Shown: positions 1-10,337 of the stretch, piece by piece
How the letters are laid out: each line of letters opens with the position of its first letter
Numbering within the stretch: the stretch's first letter is position 1
Assembly (NCBI GenBank): GCA_041489255.1
Contig: JBGPQV010000022.1
Coordinates: 1-44,258, forward strand
DNA length: 44,258 bases
Direction: 5' to 3'
Source of the DNA: Thermoplasmata archaeon
Lineage (GTDB): Archaea > Thermoplasmatota > Thermoplasmata > RBG-16-68-12 > JAFNFQ01
The notes under the pieces: model-generated
The model's input: only the letters and a program-made list of their open reading frames with translations
What the model was told of the DNA's origin: nothing
The model's database searches: none
Position numbers and translations under genes: made by a program

Positions 1-141
1 GAAGCTTGACGACAGGAAGGAGACCGAGATCAAGGCGCGGTTCTGCAGGGAGAACCTGCGGAGGCTGTGGTACCTGTGGTACCTGGAAGGAATCACGCTC
101 GATTGCCAGCGAGCACCATCGAGCTAATTGTCCCAAAGCCC
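1..141 (+). mobile_element. Right end of an IS element: transposase C-terminus (2..127) plus putative terminal inverted repeat
   Basis: Frame 2 reads KLDDRKETEIKARFCRENLRRLWYLWYL...*, resembling the E-x(n)-NLRR end of IS4/IS5-type DDE transposases. It is followed at once by TTGTCCCAAAGCC (reverse GGCTTTGGGACAA), an IS5-like GGC end. The partner IR is outside the window. Confidence 0.5.
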
Positions 142-444
142 CTGACTGGGCAGTCCGGTCGAGGCTGAGCGCGGACAGTCCAGTGAGATGACCGCAATCG
201 TTCGGAAGGCCGTCCTCGGCCGTGCTCACTGGGCACAGCCTTGTGCCAAATGGGCTCCGCCTCGCCGTCACAAGGGACGCCTCGCCCGAGAGGTCAGACT
301 GCTCAGCTCGAGGCGTCTTCGCCGACGCATGCCCTCGTGGACACGGTCATCCTATTCTACTGTGGTGTCCCGCCTAGGTCAATCCTCCGCCAGGTGTCCT
401 CGCCCTGTCTGGTTCATTGCTGCTTCCGCTGGAATCCCGTGCGA

Positions 445-2178
445 CTATCGGTACCGGACATACGGTATGCCGAGGATGTTGGATAGATGGACGACCTTGA
501 GGTCGCCGTTCGTGTTATCGCGGTAGCTGATGAGGCCGAGGCCATCGACGCCGATCGTCACGGACGTGTACAAGCCCACATCGCCCGCAGTGTCGAGCGT
601 GGAGATCGTGGCGGTCGTGCAGGCGACATCCGAGCAGTGAGCGACCTTGAAATTGCCGTTCAATAGGCTGTAGTAGCTGATCAGCCCGAGGCCGTCGGCG
701 CCGATCGTCACGGACGTGTGAAGGCCCACAGTGCCCGCGGTGTCGAGCGTGGAGAGCGTGGCGGTCGTGCAGATGACATCCGAGCAGTGAGCGACCTTGA
801 GATTGCTGTTCGTGGAGTCGTAGTAGCTGATGAGGCCGAGGCCGTCCACGCCGATCGTCACGGACGTGTATGCGCCCACAATGCCCGTGGTGTCGAGCGT
901 GGAGAGCGTGGCGGTCGTGCAGGCGACATCCGAGCAGTGAGCGACCTTGAGGTCATCGAGCGTGAAATCGTAGTAGCTGATGAGGCCGAGGCCGTCGGCA
1001 CCGATAGTCACGGAGGTGTATCCGCCCGTAGCGCCCGGGGTATCAAGTATGGAGAGCGTGGCGGTCGTGCAGGCGAAATCCGAGCAGTGCGCGACCTTGA
1101 GGTCGAAGTTCGTGCCATCGCGGTAGCTGATGAGGCCGAGGCCGTCCACGCCGATCGTCACGGAGGTGTACAAGCCCACGTTGCCCGTGGTATCGAGTAC
1201 GGAGAGTGTGGCGGTCGTGCAGGCGAAATCCGAGCAGTGCGCCACCTTGAAGTCGCCGTTCGTGACATCGTAGTAGCTGATCAAGCCGAGGCCGTCGGCC
1301 CCGATTGTCATGGAGGTGTACTGGCCCACGTTGTCCGTGGTGTCGAGCGAGTATGGCGTCGCGACAGTGCACGCGACGTCCGAACAGTGCGCGACTTTCA
1401 GGTCGCCGTTCGTGACATCGTAGTAACTGATCAGTCCGAGGCCGTCGATGCCGATTGTCATGGACGTGTAAGTACCCACATCTCCCGCGGTGTCGAGGTT
1501 GGTTAAGGAGAATACGGCGCGTCCGATCCCAATCCCCTGCGGTCCTTGAGGGCCCATCGGACCCTGTGGGCCCTGTGGTCCTGGGTCTCCCTGTAATCCC
1601 TGCGGGCCTTGGGGACCAATGTCGCCCTGGATTCCCTGCGGTCCCTGCGGGCCTGGATCACCTTGCGGGCCCTGTGGTCCTGGGTCTCCCTGCAGTCCCT
1701 GAGGTCCCTGAGGACCAATGTCGCCCTGGATTCCCTGCGGTCCCTGAGGACCTGGGTCTCCCTGTAATCCCTGCGGGCCTTGGGGACCAATGTCGCCCTG
1801 GATTCCCTGCGGTCCCTGAGGACCAGGGTCTCCTTGCAGGCCTTGCGGTCCTGCGGGTCCCTGAGGTCCTTGCGGGCCAGTCGCGCCGGTCGCACCCGTC
1901 GCCCCTGCCGGCCCCTGCAATCCTTGGGGTCCCTGGGATCCTGGGTCGCCCTGTGGTCCCTGCGCCCCATCAGTGCCGTTTACCCCGTTTATCCCATTTG
2001 TTCCGTTCGTTCCGTTCAACCCGGCCGCCCCGGCATCGCCCTTCGAACCGACGGGCCCCGGTAGCGCGACTGACAGGACGAGCGCGACAGCCGCGAGCAG
2101 GACAGCGACGATACTCAGCGTCTTGCCCATGCCTCCCGATTTAGGAGAGGAGAACCCCTCCGACTCTTCTTCAGACAT
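445..2178 (-). CDS. Membrane-anchored collagen-like protein with C-terminal 7x50-aa beta-propeller-like repeats (paralog 1)
   Basis: N-terminal hydrophobic helix, long Gly-X-Y (GPQ/GDP/GLQ) tract, then seven repeats of [44 protein letters not shown]. Start moved to MSEEES (2178) by alignment with the paralogs. Confidence 0.9.
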   Translation of the reverse strand: MSEEESEGFSSPKSGGMGKTLSIVAVLLAAVALVLSVALPGPVGSKGDAGAAGLNGTNGTNGINGVNGTDGAQGPQGDPGSQGPQGLQGPAGATGATGATGPQGPQGPAGPQGLQGDPGPQGPQGIQGDIGPQGPQGLQGDPGPQGPQGIQGDIGPQGPQGLQGDPGPQGPQGDPGPQGPQGIQGDIGPQGPQGLQGDPGPQGPQGPMGPQGPQGIGIGRAVFSLTNLDTAGDVGTYTSMTIGIDGLGLISYYDVTNGDLKVAHCSDVACTVATPYSLDTTDNVGQYTSMTIGADGLGLISYYDVTNGDFKVAHCSDFACTTATLSVLDTTGNVGLYTSVTIGVDGLGLISYRDGTNFDLKVAHCSDFACTTATLSILDTPGATGGYTSVTIGADGLGLISYYDFTLDDLKVAHCSDVACTTATLSTLDTTGIVGAYTSVTIGVDGLGLISYYDSTNSNLKVAHCSDVICTTATLSTLDTAGTVGLHTSVTIGADGLGLISYYSLLNGNFKVAHCSDVACTTATISTLDTAGDVGLYTSVTIGVDGLGLISYRDNTNGDLKVVHLSNILGIPYVRYR

Positions 2179-2241
2179 GCGCCGACATAGGATGACGCAT
2201 GCCATAATGGTTGCCCCGACGGGGGCGTCCGGCCGAGAGAC

Positions 2242-2835
2242 TCAGCGTGGATAGTAGACCGCGACGAGGGATGCGCTGTCGAACCGATCGCCTAAATTGG
2301 CGCCGTTGAACATGAACCCATTCACGTAGAACGTCACTGTGCCTGCTCCGCTGACGGAGAAGGGACGCAAGAGAGGGACGGTCTCGTAGTGGAGCGAGTC
2401 CGTCGGGAGCGAGAACGGGACTGACACGACCCCGGTGTAGTTGTTAAACGTGCACTCCGTGGAGGAGGTCGCGACGACGATGCGTGCCTCATCGCTGAAC
2501 CCGAATGTGTGGTCGATCCCGACGTTGACCGTCGCGCTGACCACGATTATTCCAGCGGCGGGCACGGAGATGGAGACCTCCGCTCCGGGGTAATGCGTGC
2601 AGGTCGAGCCCATCGGTTCAAGCCTACCGACCGAGTGCTGGGCCATGATGCTCCCCGAAGGAGCGGGCCCTGGGATGATGAACGCGATGACGAGGGCCAA
2701 CACGGCAATGGCAATCGCGATTTCGCTCAGACGTCTTGCGGTCAGAAATTCTTGAGGATGTGACTTGCCGCGCTTCTTCGTATCAACCTTGTTCGAATCC
2801 TCATCCGACTCAGTCTTGCCGCGCTTGGAGGGCAT
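2242..2835 (-). CDS. Single-TM membrane protein with extracellular beta-rich domain; partner gene upstream of the collagen-like gene
   Basis: Basic N-terminus, one TM helix, beta-rich domain ending LVAVYYPR. A close paralog at 31238..31831 lies in the same context. Confidence 0.85.
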   Translation of the reverse strand: MPSKRGKTESDEDSNKVDTKKRGKSHPQEFLTARRLSEIAIAIAVLALVIAFIIPGPAPSGSIMAQHSVGRLEPMGSTCTHYPGAEVSISVPAAGIIVVSATVNVGIDHTFGFSDEARIVVATSSTECTFNNYTGVVSVPFSLPTDSLHYETVPLLRPFSVSGAGTVTFYVNGFMFNGANLGDRFDSASLVAVYYPR

Positions 2836-3099
2836 GAGGGGTAATGACGAACTCGACGCAAGAACTTACCGCCGAGGTCGATGTGCGTCTCAGAAGCGAC
2901 CCTCCCGCCATTGAAGGAACGGAAGTGGATAAGGAATCTTTGCAGGTCCGTCTCGAATAGGCGGGTCCATGGCTCCATGGCCACCTGCCCGCTCCGTATT
3001 GGAGAGGACTCACCGCGGAGCGGTTTCAATCAGCCTACGGCGCGAATATGGGGTGACCACGCATGGTCCAGATTCTAGTCAGTGGCTGTTCCAGATGCA

Positions 3100-6000
3100 T
3101 TACGACAGACTAGTCGGACGAAGCTCCTCCACATCCCTGCGCCCTGTGTAGGCCAGAACGACAAGCAGCCCAATCCCCACACCGAGTACCAGCACATCAA
3201 CAACAGAGCCGAGGCCCATGATGGGCGGTATCCCCAACAGCCCTGTCAACATGGACAAGATGCCGGTCGCGGCTTCCGCCATGACGAATGGGAGGGCGGT
3301 GCAGCACCAGGTTTTGAGGGCGGCCTCCCTGGTCGCGATGCCCTTCCACGGGTGCTTCCTCGACGACCATATTCCCAGGAAGCCCAGCGTGATCGAGAAC
3401 ATCAGTGCCACGAGTGGTTTCCAGTTCGGCTCCTTCGTCGGCGGGTCGACGAGAACAACCGCATAGGCGACGCTCGAGTTCCCGTCATCGTCCCTGATAG
3501 AGAGAGTGACGTTGTACGTTCCCGCGGCCTCGTAGGTGTGGTCCCTGAAGACGGCGGTTCCCTCCAGCACCGTGCCGTCGTCGAAGTCGAAGGAGTAGTT
3601 GACGATCACGCCGTCCAGGTCATGGGAACTGGCCCCGTCGAAGCGGATGGAGATCCCCGTGAATGTTCTCTGGGGGTTGGCTGTGATCACCGCAATCGGC
3701 GGGAGACCCCAGACGTCGATGGCGACCGTGTCGGAGTCTGTACCACCATCGCCGTCGTTGACATCGAGCCTGAACGAGTAGGAACCGACTCTCGTGGCGG
3801 TGAAAGATGCAACCGCGCTGCCAGCGTTCGTCAGCGAGACCGCCAACCCGGAAATCTGAGTCCAGGCAAAGGCCAGAACGTCACTGTCTGGATCGGAAGA
3901 GCCGCCGCCATCCAAAATGACGACCAAGGTCTTCCGCTTCGACATGTCTGGACCGGCGTTCGCAGATGGCGGTCTGTTGGCAACCACGACATCGACGGAG
4001 TCGAAGGACGATGCCCCCCACCCGTCAGAGACATTGAGGTAGAACGTGTAGGTCCCCGTCAAAGTTGGCGTGAAGGTCGGCTTCGCTGGAACAGCGCAAT
4101 CGAGGGTAACGGTTGGGCCCACCACCTGGGACCAATCATATGCGAGCGTGTCGCCATCCGGATCGTAGCTCCCGGAGCCGTCCAGCGTGACTAGGTTCCG
4201 CTTGAAGGCGTTCTGGTCTGCACCCGCGTCCGCGATCGGCGGTCTGTTCTGGATGTCGATCGTCAGGCTGTCCGTGTCGTTCTGGTCGAGGATGTCCCAG
4301 ACCGTCAGGTTCACGGTGAAGGTGCCGCGGGAGGAATACTGGTGCGGTGTAATCACGTTCGCATCAGTCGCGCTATCGCCGAACTCCCAGAGGTAGGTCA
4401 CGATACCGACATCGTCCGATGAGTTGCTGCCGTCGAACCATATCATGTCGTTCATGTGTCCGATGGTGAAGGGAGCGTACGCGACCGCGATTGGAGGGCT
4501 GTCCTCGACGAAGAACATCCAGTAGCCCAAGGGAGTGTTGCCATAGTCGGACCAGGTCGCGGGCTCGTAGTCGTCCTTGGCCCTCCCCCGCCAGTAGATT
4601 GTCTGGCCGACGCTCGTGGCGAACGGGGACGATGTCGTGGCGGTGGTCGTGCCGGAGGAAATGATGGACGTGAAGGAAGCATCCGTTGCGGCTTGCCACT
4701 CATAGGTTATCACATCGAACTCAGCGTCACTGCTCGCCCCCCATGTGACCTGCTGAACCGGACTCGCGGGGACTGATGACAAGTGCAGCGGGTCAGCAGC
4801 CCAGGGCGGGGGCGTTGGGATGCTGTTGACGTGGAACCTCACGTCCGTCCAGCCGCTCCATTGCCCGTCCGACACCCTCACCCCGAACCAGTAATCGGTT
4901 CCGCGGACAAGAGGCGTGCCCGCGTAGGTGACGAGAGTGGCCGCACCCGCCATCGGCCCGGGAGCCCACATGTCGCTCCCACCGAACATCCGGCTCACCC
5001 TGACCTCGTACTGCGTCTGCGGGTCGTTCTCGATGTCGCGGTAGGTCCAGTTCAGGTCAGGGGTGAAGTCGGTGATGTGCGTTATCCCCGGGGGGAACAG
5101 GTACGACTGGACGCCGAGGTTGATGGCTTGAGGGGCGTTGTTGGCGAAGAGCTTGAGGACATAGGCGTCGGAAGGATTGCCGTTGTACGTCATGTCGAAC
5201 GCCCCGAGAGTCGTCGGGAAATCGAGGGATGCGGTGAAGCCCGCGACATAGACGCTGCCGGTAGAATCCACGCCGACTGAATTCCCATATTCCTCGTACG
5301 ACCCCCCGATGTAGGTCGAGTACGGCATGCTCGTGCCCGCTGCGTTCAGCTTGATCAAGAACGTGTCGCCGGCGCCGTTCGCCCGCTCGTCGAATGCCCC
5401 GGGGGAGATGGGGAAATCGGAGGATAACGTCCATCCGGTGACGAACGTATTGCCGAGCGAGTCCAGGACGATGCCGCCCGCGACGTCCTGTTCAGCTCCC
5501 CCGACGAACGTGGAATGTACCAGGGTGCTGCCGGACGAGTCGATGCTCGCGACAATCACATCGTCGACGCCGTTGTAGGTCCTGTCGAACGCGCCGGGAG
5601 TCGTGGGGAAGTCGGTCGAGCGCGTCTTGCCCGCGACGTGCACCTCGTTGCCGGCGCCGAGGGTGAGCGAGTAGAGGTCGTCACCGCCGCTGCCCCCGAG
5701 GAAGGTGGAATAGCGCAGGACTGCCCCGTTGGGGTCGATCTTGACCACGAACCCGTCGGCGTTGCCGCCGCGGTAGGACGGGGAGTAGGATCCCGGGGTC
5801 GTCGGGAAGTCGGAACCGCCTGCATGACCGCACACGTACGCGTATCCACTTGAGTCCACCGCGAGCGAGTGCGCCTCGTCCTCGCCCGCGCCTCCAAGGA
5901 AAGTGGCGTAGATCAGGATGCTCAATGTCGGGTCGAACTTTGCCGCATAGCCGTCGTTCTGCCCGCCGAAGGACGTGTCGAACGCCCCCGCGGTCGCGGG

Positions 6001-7380
6001 GAAGTTGGACGAGCCGGTGACACCGCTCACGTGGATGTTGCCCGCGGCATCGAGGGCGATTGCCCCCGTGGTGTCGAAGCCGCCCCCGCCGAGGAATGTG
6101 GACAGCAGGAGCTGGTTCCCGGTCTGGCTGAGCTTGGCGACGAAGCCGTCTTCCTCGCCGTTGTGCGTTGTGTCGAAGGCTGCGGGCGTGACTGGGAACC
6201 CGGAGCTCATCGTCCATCCGCTGACGTAGACGTAGCCGAGGGAGTCGAGGGCGATCGAGAGCCCGATGTCCATGGAATTGCCGCCGAGGAAGGTGGAGAA
6301 CACTAGGGATGTGCCGGAAGGGTTCAGCTTTGCCACGAACGCGTCCCAGCTGCCGCTCTGGACGGTGTCGTAAGCGCCGACTGTCGTTGGGAAGTTGATC
6401 GAGCTCGTGTATCCCGTCACGTACACGGCACCGGCGGCGTCGACCACGAGCCGCCAGCCCGACGCGGCGTCAAGGGAGCTGCCGCCGAGGAACGTGGAGT
6501 AGACGAGCGGGTCGATGATCAGCTGCCTGGAGGCGTCCCAGCTCCCGCAATCGAAGCCGAATGACGAGGGGGCGCGGATTGCGAAACTGCACGGCACCTC
6601 CTCCCCCTCGCCCTGATACGAGTATGGCGGGGAGTCGCGCGCTTCGATCGTCCCGGCGCCGACCACCAACTCGCCGGCTTCCAGGGCGATTGAATCGGCT
6701 CCGACGAGACTCAGCGCGATCGCCGCGGGATCCGCTCCGGGCTGGACGATGAATTCGTATTTCACCGCTCCATGCCGCATGCGGTACACGAGGTCGATCC
6801 CATCGTACAGGTCCTCGTAGACGACCTCCCTGTAGTTCGGCACGTCTGTCCTCCATTTATCCGGGTCGTTGCCGAAGAAGAAGTTGCTGTCGAAGGAGGC
6901 TCTGTCCCTGCCGACTGGGGACGTGGACTTCGCACCGTCGAAGCGAATCATGTATGAGTGCGACATCATTTTCGGCGGTTCAATCGAGGAGAAATCGCGC
7001 GGGTCCGTCATGGCTTGCATTCCGATGTTTTCCCGGTTCACGTCCGGGACCTCCTCTCTCCAGACGAATAGCACGCCGTCGTCTCTGAACGCCACCGCAG
7101 GGTTCCCGCCAGAATAGAAGCGCACTCCGTCATTCGTCTGACCCCGGTTCTCCGTGAAGAAGTCGCCGAAGGAAAGAGCGGCCGCGTACCCGCCATCCGT
7201 GTCGCCTATGGGGTGACCCAGAGCCACCGCCGTCTTGTGCTCGGGTGGGATCTGCACGAGATTCAATGACAAAGGAATCAAGAGCAGAAGGGACGCGACA
7301 CGCAAGGTCATTCCTCCGGAGGATCTGCTCACCGCCCACTTCAGCGACACGCCCCTCATCCCTGTCTCCAAAGTCATCAT
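3100..7380 (-). CDS. Large secreted/surface protein: SBBP beta-propeller repeats, PKD/Ig-like domains, C-terminal TM helices
   Basis: FTENRGQ...YEDLYDGIDL...IIDPLVYSTFLGGS N-terminal region, repeated YVTGxTxSxDFPTTxGAFD units, PKD motifs (YLWEFGD, NRPPIADAGADQ) and three hydrophobic C-terminal segments. Confidence 0.9.
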   Translation of the reverse strand: MMTLETGMRGVSLKWAVSRSSGGMTLRVASLLLLIPLSLNLVQIPPEHKTAVALGHPIGDTDGGYAAALSFGDFFTENRGQTNDGVRFYSGGNPAVAFRDDGVLFVWREEVPDVNRENIGMQAMTDPRDFSSIEPPKMMSHSYMIRFDGAKSTSPVGRDRASFDSNFFFGNDPDKWRTDVPNYREVVYEDLYDGIDLVYRMRHGAVKYEFIVQPGADPAAIALSLVGADSIALEAGELVVGAGTIEARDSPPYSYQGEGEEVPCSFAIRAPSSFGFDCGSWDASRQLIIDPLVYSTFLGGSSLDAASGWRLVVDAAGAVYVTGYTSSINFPTTVGAYDTVQSGSWDAFVAKLNPSGTSLVFSTFLGGNSMDIGLSIALDSLGYVYVSGWTMSSGFPVTPAAFDTTHNGEEDGFVAKLSQTGNQLLLSTFLGGGGFDTTGAIALDAAGNIHVSGVTGSSNFPATAGAFDTSFGGQNDGYAAKFDPTLSILIYATFLGGAGEDEAHSLAVDSSGYAYVCGHAGGSDFPTTPGSYSPSYRGGNADGFVVKIDPNGAVLRYSTFLGGSGGDDLYSLTLGAGNEVHVAGKTRSTDFPTTPGAFDRTYNGVDDVIVASIDSSGSTLVHSTFVGGAEQDVAGGIVLDSLGNTFVTGWTLSSDFPISPGAFDERANGAGDTFLIKLNAAGTSMPYSTYIGGSYEEYGNSVGVDSTGSVYVAGFTASLDFPTTLGAFDMTYNGNPSDAYVLKLFANNAPQAINLGVQSYLFPPGITHITDFTPDLNWTYRDIENDPQTQYEVRVSRMFGGSDMWAPGPMAGAATLVTYAGTPLVRGTDYWFGVRVSDGQWSGWTDVRFHVNSIPTPPPWAADPLHLSSVPASPVQQVTWGASSDAEFDVITYEWQAATDASFTSIISSGTTTATTSSPFATSVGQTIYWRGRAKDDYEPATWSDYGNTPLGYWMFFVEDSPPIAVAYAPFTIGHMNDMIWFDGSNSSDDVGIVTYLWEFGDSATDANVITPHQYSSRGTFTVNLTVWDILDQNDTDSLTIDIQNRPPIADAGADQNAFKRNLVTLDGSGSYDPDGDTLAYDWSQVVGPTVTLDCAVPAKPTFTPTLTGTYTFYLNVSDGWGASSFDSVDVVVANRPPSANAGPDMSKRKTLVVILDGGGSSDPDSDVLAFAWTQISGLAVSLTNAGSAVASFTATRVGSYSFRLDVNDGDGGTDSDTVAIDVWGLPPIAVITANPQRTFTGISIRFDGASSHDLDGVIVNYSFDFDDGTVLEGTAVFRDHTYEAAGTYNVTLSIRDDDGNSSVAYAVVLVDPPTKEPNWKPLVALMFSITLGFLGIWSSRKHPWKGIATREAALKTWCCTALPFVMAEAATGILSMLTGLLGIPPIMGLGSVVDVLVLGVGIGLLVVLAYTGRRDVEELRPTSLS

Positions 7381-7448
7381 CGCGTCTCTCCTAATTCAAG
7401 CTTCCCTCGCGAAGGAATGCCGAGGCGCGCGCCCGGACGCTCAAGGTC

Positions 7449-7715
7449 CTATCTGTATTCCCGTCCGCGAGCGAAGACCTCGATGACCTTGACCTCGGAT
7501 CCCGCGACCGTGTATAATACTCGATATTCTCCTACCCTCAGGCGGTACTTCCGTGGTTCGGTGTCCCTGATCGGGAGGATGTCTGCCTTCGGCCTCGGTC
7601 GAAAAGGATCTTCCTCCAGGAGCCGCATGCCCTTGACGATGCGTTTGCGTGACTCTACCGGTAGCTTCCTGAGCTGGCGAACCGCCGTCTCCGAGAGTGT
7701 GACCCTATAGGTCAT
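7449..7715 (-). CDS. RelE/ParE-family toxin
   Basis: 88 aa with YRLRVGEYRVLY and terminal RGREY motifs; overlaps the upstream antitoxin (ATGA). Confidence 0.9.
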   Translation of the reverse strand: MTYRVTLSETAVRQLRKLPVESRKRIVKGMRLLEEDPFRPRPKADILPIRDTEPRKYRLRVGEYRVLYTVAGSEVKVIEVFARGREYR

Positions 7716-7903
7716 AGATCATCCAGCGGGATGAACTTCTCGTCCTTCAGAATCTTGTTCCACCTTTCGTCGAGTTCCCTGATGGAAGCTCGCTCTATCA
7801 GTTCCTTGATGACCTCGTCGTAGGTCTGGCCCTTGGCCCCGAGTTTCCTTAGCATCTCCTTCGTCTCCTTGTGAAGCGATATCGTCGTCATGGTGGAGGT
7901 CAT
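7712..7903 (-). CDS. Antitoxin (RHH-like) of the RelE pair
   Basis: 63 aa, TTISLHKETKEML...TYDEVIKELI with acidic C-terminus FIPLDDL; coupled to relE. Confidence 0.8.
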   Translation of the reverse strand: MTSTMTTISLHKETKEMLRKLGAKGQTYDEVIKELIERASIRELDERWNKILKDEKFIPLDDL

Positions 7904-8198
7904 CGCGTCTGACTATGGACGTTATGTCTAATAATGGTTGCCATGGCGGCATGTAATCGATGCATCGATGAATCAGTCAGGAAGCTACACCCCGCCGGCG
8001 GATTGGGGTCAATCGTTACCAGACTGCCTAGGCATCACACCCATGCAATCTGCCTCGCGGTTCAGAGTATTAAGGTGACGAATCATGACTCCCCCCACAA
8101 CCGCGTCCTCTTCGTCAGCAACACGAGCGGCCAGATGAGCCCATACACGATGGAGGCGGCAGAAGCGTGCCCGGACCCAACTTCCCGCCAATCGCCGC

Positions 8199-8534
8199 TC
8201 AGCTGAGCTCGACAACAATCTTGCCGTGTCCCTCCGGGCGGATGAGGGCCTCCTCCCCGCCCTTGAGCTTCAAGAATCTCGCGAGCTCCGCGGGGATGCG
8301 GACGACGAGGGAGTTGCCCGACTTGGCTATCTTCACCTTCCCCGCCAACCCCCAGAGGCCGAGACCCTTTGCGCGCGCCTCGATCCGTTCCATCACCTTC
8401 TCGTCGACGAAGGACTCCCCGCAGTTGCCGCACACCTGGGCCGAAAAGGTTCCCAAGTCGACGCCAAGCATCTCTTCGCGGACCTTTCCGCCACGGAGTT
8501 CTCCTTTCTTGCACACGGGACAAGTTTTGCGCAT
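8199..8534 (-). CDS. YgiT-type zinc finger + AbrB/MazE domain protein (antitoxin-like)
   Basis: CPVC...CGNCGE zinc ribbon followed by the AbrB motif KIAKSGNSLVVRIP. Confidence 0.85.
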   Translation of the reverse strand: MRKTCPVCKKGELRGGKVREEMLGVDLGTFSAQVCGNCGESFVDEKVMERIEARAKGLGLWGLAGKVKIAKSGNSLVVRIPAELARFLKLKGGEEALIRPEGHGKIVVELS

Positions 8535-8535
8535 G

Positions 8536-8742
8536 TCACCACCTCGGCGTGACAGTGATAACCAGGATGTCGTCTCCCTGTAGGACGTACACGACCTCGA
8601 AGTAGAGGTACGCCGCCACTATCTTGCCATCCTGGCTTCGTTTCGTGCCTTTCCGAATAGCTTCAACCACTTCGCGCCCTGAAATTCCCTGGAGGATCAT
8701 CCGTTGCCGTGCGTGGCGGCTGAACATGATCCGCCGGGTCAT
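8536..8742 (-). CDS. DUF4258-like small toxin candidate
   Basis: FSRHARQRM...GIS..EV...ILVITV pattern; lies directly upstream of the zinc finger/AbrB gene. Confidence 0.75.
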   Translation of the reverse strand: MTRRIMFSRHARQRMILQGISGREVVEAIRKGTKRSQDGKIVAAYLYFEVVYVLQGDDILVITVTPRW

Positions 8743-8752
8743 TACTTACATA

Positions 8753-8766
8753 TAATACACGTATTA
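8753..8766. promoter_or_regulatory. Palindromic operator upstream of the DUF4258/AbrB pair
   Basis: TAATAC-AC-GTATTA, about 10 bp from the start codon in an AT-rich promoter. Confidence 0.45.
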
Positions 8767-8807
8767 CTTAAGGTTATTCCAGCCTTGAATCTCCTAGGTC
8801 TGGTTGG

Positions 8808-8940
8808 CTAGAAGTACTCCTTCACGATGCGGAAACTCCCGCCATCGTACTCCACTACCGCCGTCGCCGCATTCTTGATCCTCCTCTTGTACTCGATGTC
8901 AAGCCTCTCCCAGCGGATCGAGGCGAGGAACGTCTTGATG
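8808..8940 (-). pseudogene. Diverged duplicate of the 3' end of the histidine phosphatase gene at 10338..10919
   Basis: Translates FLASIRWERLDIEYKRRIKNAATAVVEYDGGSFRIVKEYF*, versus FLASVRGERPDIEYKRRIRNAGTAVVEYEGGSFRIVKDFF* in the intact gene. Confidence 0.95.
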
Positions 8941-8994
8941 GAAAAGTCGGCGGGTGGGCCGCAAGGCGGCAGAGGGGGGCGAATCGGGGCTCGA

Positions 8995-10248
8995 CTACGA
9001 CCTCAGCGCGGAGAGGTAGAGCGGCAGGCTGACCTTGTCTAGGAGATACGACTCCTTGATGTGCCACGGAGGCTTCCATCTCTTGAGTCCCCTGGACACC
9101 TCGAACCCAATCTGTTGTCCGCCGTGGGCGCACACGACATCTACCTCGGTATGATTGCGCCAATAGTAGACAGGGTACCACCTGGAGAGGTGAGCGGCGA
9201 CCGTCGCCTCCCACAGCCAGCTCTCCGTCGCCTCCACGCCCGCGTAATTCTCCAGGACATGAATGATGAACGGGTCAGTGAAATGCACCTTCTTGTTCTT
9301 CCTGTGCTCGACCCTCGAGTCCGGGCGGATGAGGTTGAGAACGAGCGCCGCCTGCATGCCCTCGAGCGTCTCCACGTAGCCCCTAACAGTGTTGGGCGAG
9401 TTGACGCTCGTCTGGGCGGAGATGGAGTTCCAGCTTATCGGTGTCCCCTGCGCGCGGATGAGGTACGACAGGATCTCCTTCATGAAGCCGTCACTCCTGC
9501 CTGCCTTCGTCCAGTCCCCCCTCAGCCAGTCCAGAAACGTCCTTGACGTCTCGGAGGTCACCTTGCCATACCGCGAGTGATCTTGGATGCTCCTGGGAAA
9601 ACCTCCGACCTTCAGGTAGGCCTCGAACAGGTCCGCAAGCCTATCTGAGAAGAGCCGGTTCGCGCTTGAGTTCCTCTTCAGCGTCGCGAGGCTCCCCTGC
9701 TTCGTCTCGAGCCCGCCGACGACGCGGGCGAATGCGGAGAAGGCGAGCGGATGCATCGCGTAGTCCCTGCCGGCCCCTCTCCTGCCCGGGAAGGTCTCCT
9801 TCTGCTTCAGGAGGTCGAGCCTCGCCGATCCCGTGACCACCAAGACATCCTTGGTGAACTCACCGGCGTCTATCCTCGCCTTGACCGCCCTCCACCATTC
9901 GTCCACGAAGGTCACCTCGTCCAGGAGAATCACGCTCCCCTTCACGCCCCACGCCTTCCTTGCGCCGAGGTAGTTGTCGAGGACCTCGCCCAACTCCCTG
10001 AAGTTCGTGAGCTCGTCGCAGGAGTAGTAGAACACCGACTTGGGCGGTCTCTCCTTTATCAGTTTCTGGATGAGGATCCTGATGGCGGTGGTCTTACCGA
10101 CCTGCCTCGGTCCCGAGAGGAAGTGCATGGAGAACGGCCTGAGGGTCACGGCGTCGACGAACTCCGGCACCCAATGAACCTTGGACGCCTTCCACTGCTC
10201 GAAGAGGATGTCCGGCTCGTCCGTCCACCATGGATTGTATCGCTCCAT
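8995..10248 (-). CDS. AAA+ ATPase, COG1373-type (AAA_14 + DUF4143)
   Basis: MERYNPWW start, Walker A GPRQVGKT, Walker B LLDEV, VTGS, GGFP, KKVHFTDP, and C-terminal YWR..EVDVV..FEV. Confidence 0.9.
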   Translation of the reverse strand: MERYNPWWTDEPDILFEQWKASKVHWVPEFVDAVTLRPFSMHFLSGPRQVGKTTAIRILIQKLIKERPPKSVFYYSCDELTNFRELGEVLDNYLGARKAWGVKGSVILLDEVTFVDEWWRAVKARIDAGEFTKDVLVVTGSARLDLLKQKETFPGRRGAGRDYAMHPLAFSAFARVVGGLETKQGSLATLKRNSSANRLFSDRLADLFEAYLKVGGFPRSIQDHSRYGKVTSETSRTFLDWLRGDWTKAGRSDGFMKEILSYLIRAQGTPISWNSISAQTSVNSPNTVRGYVETLEGMQAALVLNLIRPDSRVEHRKNKKVHFTDPFIIHVLENYAGVEATESWLWEATVAAHLSRWYPVYYWRNHTEVDVVCAHGGQQIGFEVSRGLKRWKPPWHIKESYLLDKVSLPLYLSALRS

Positions 10249-10337
10249 GGCGGAGTCTATGCTGACAAGATGTATTTAAGCTGTCCGCAATCAGACTGCA
10301 GATGCCTATTTAAATAATCGGCAGCGAAGAGCGGCCA

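Noticed and set aside
2946-3009. Imperfect intergenic hairpin (also ~31924..31953 and ~11677..11706)
   Set aside because: No shared sequence among them; they are compatible with ordinary terminators or chance and do not support a repeat family.
718-6957. Many long antisense or alternate-frame ORFs (e.g. 718..1506, 3082..4194; likewise 40548..41687)
   Set aside because: They are shadow ORFs of GC-rich genes that have clear motifs on the other strand or frame.
8095-8165. RVLFVSNTSGQ as a remnant of an S9 peptidase/TolB-like N-terminus
   Set aside because: About 20 residues of resemblance only; it cannot be supported without a search.
8938-8955. GGAAAAGTCGGCGGG (GKVGG) resembling the CBS core on the plus strand
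   Set aside because: Too short and in the opposite orientation to all other copies; likely chance.
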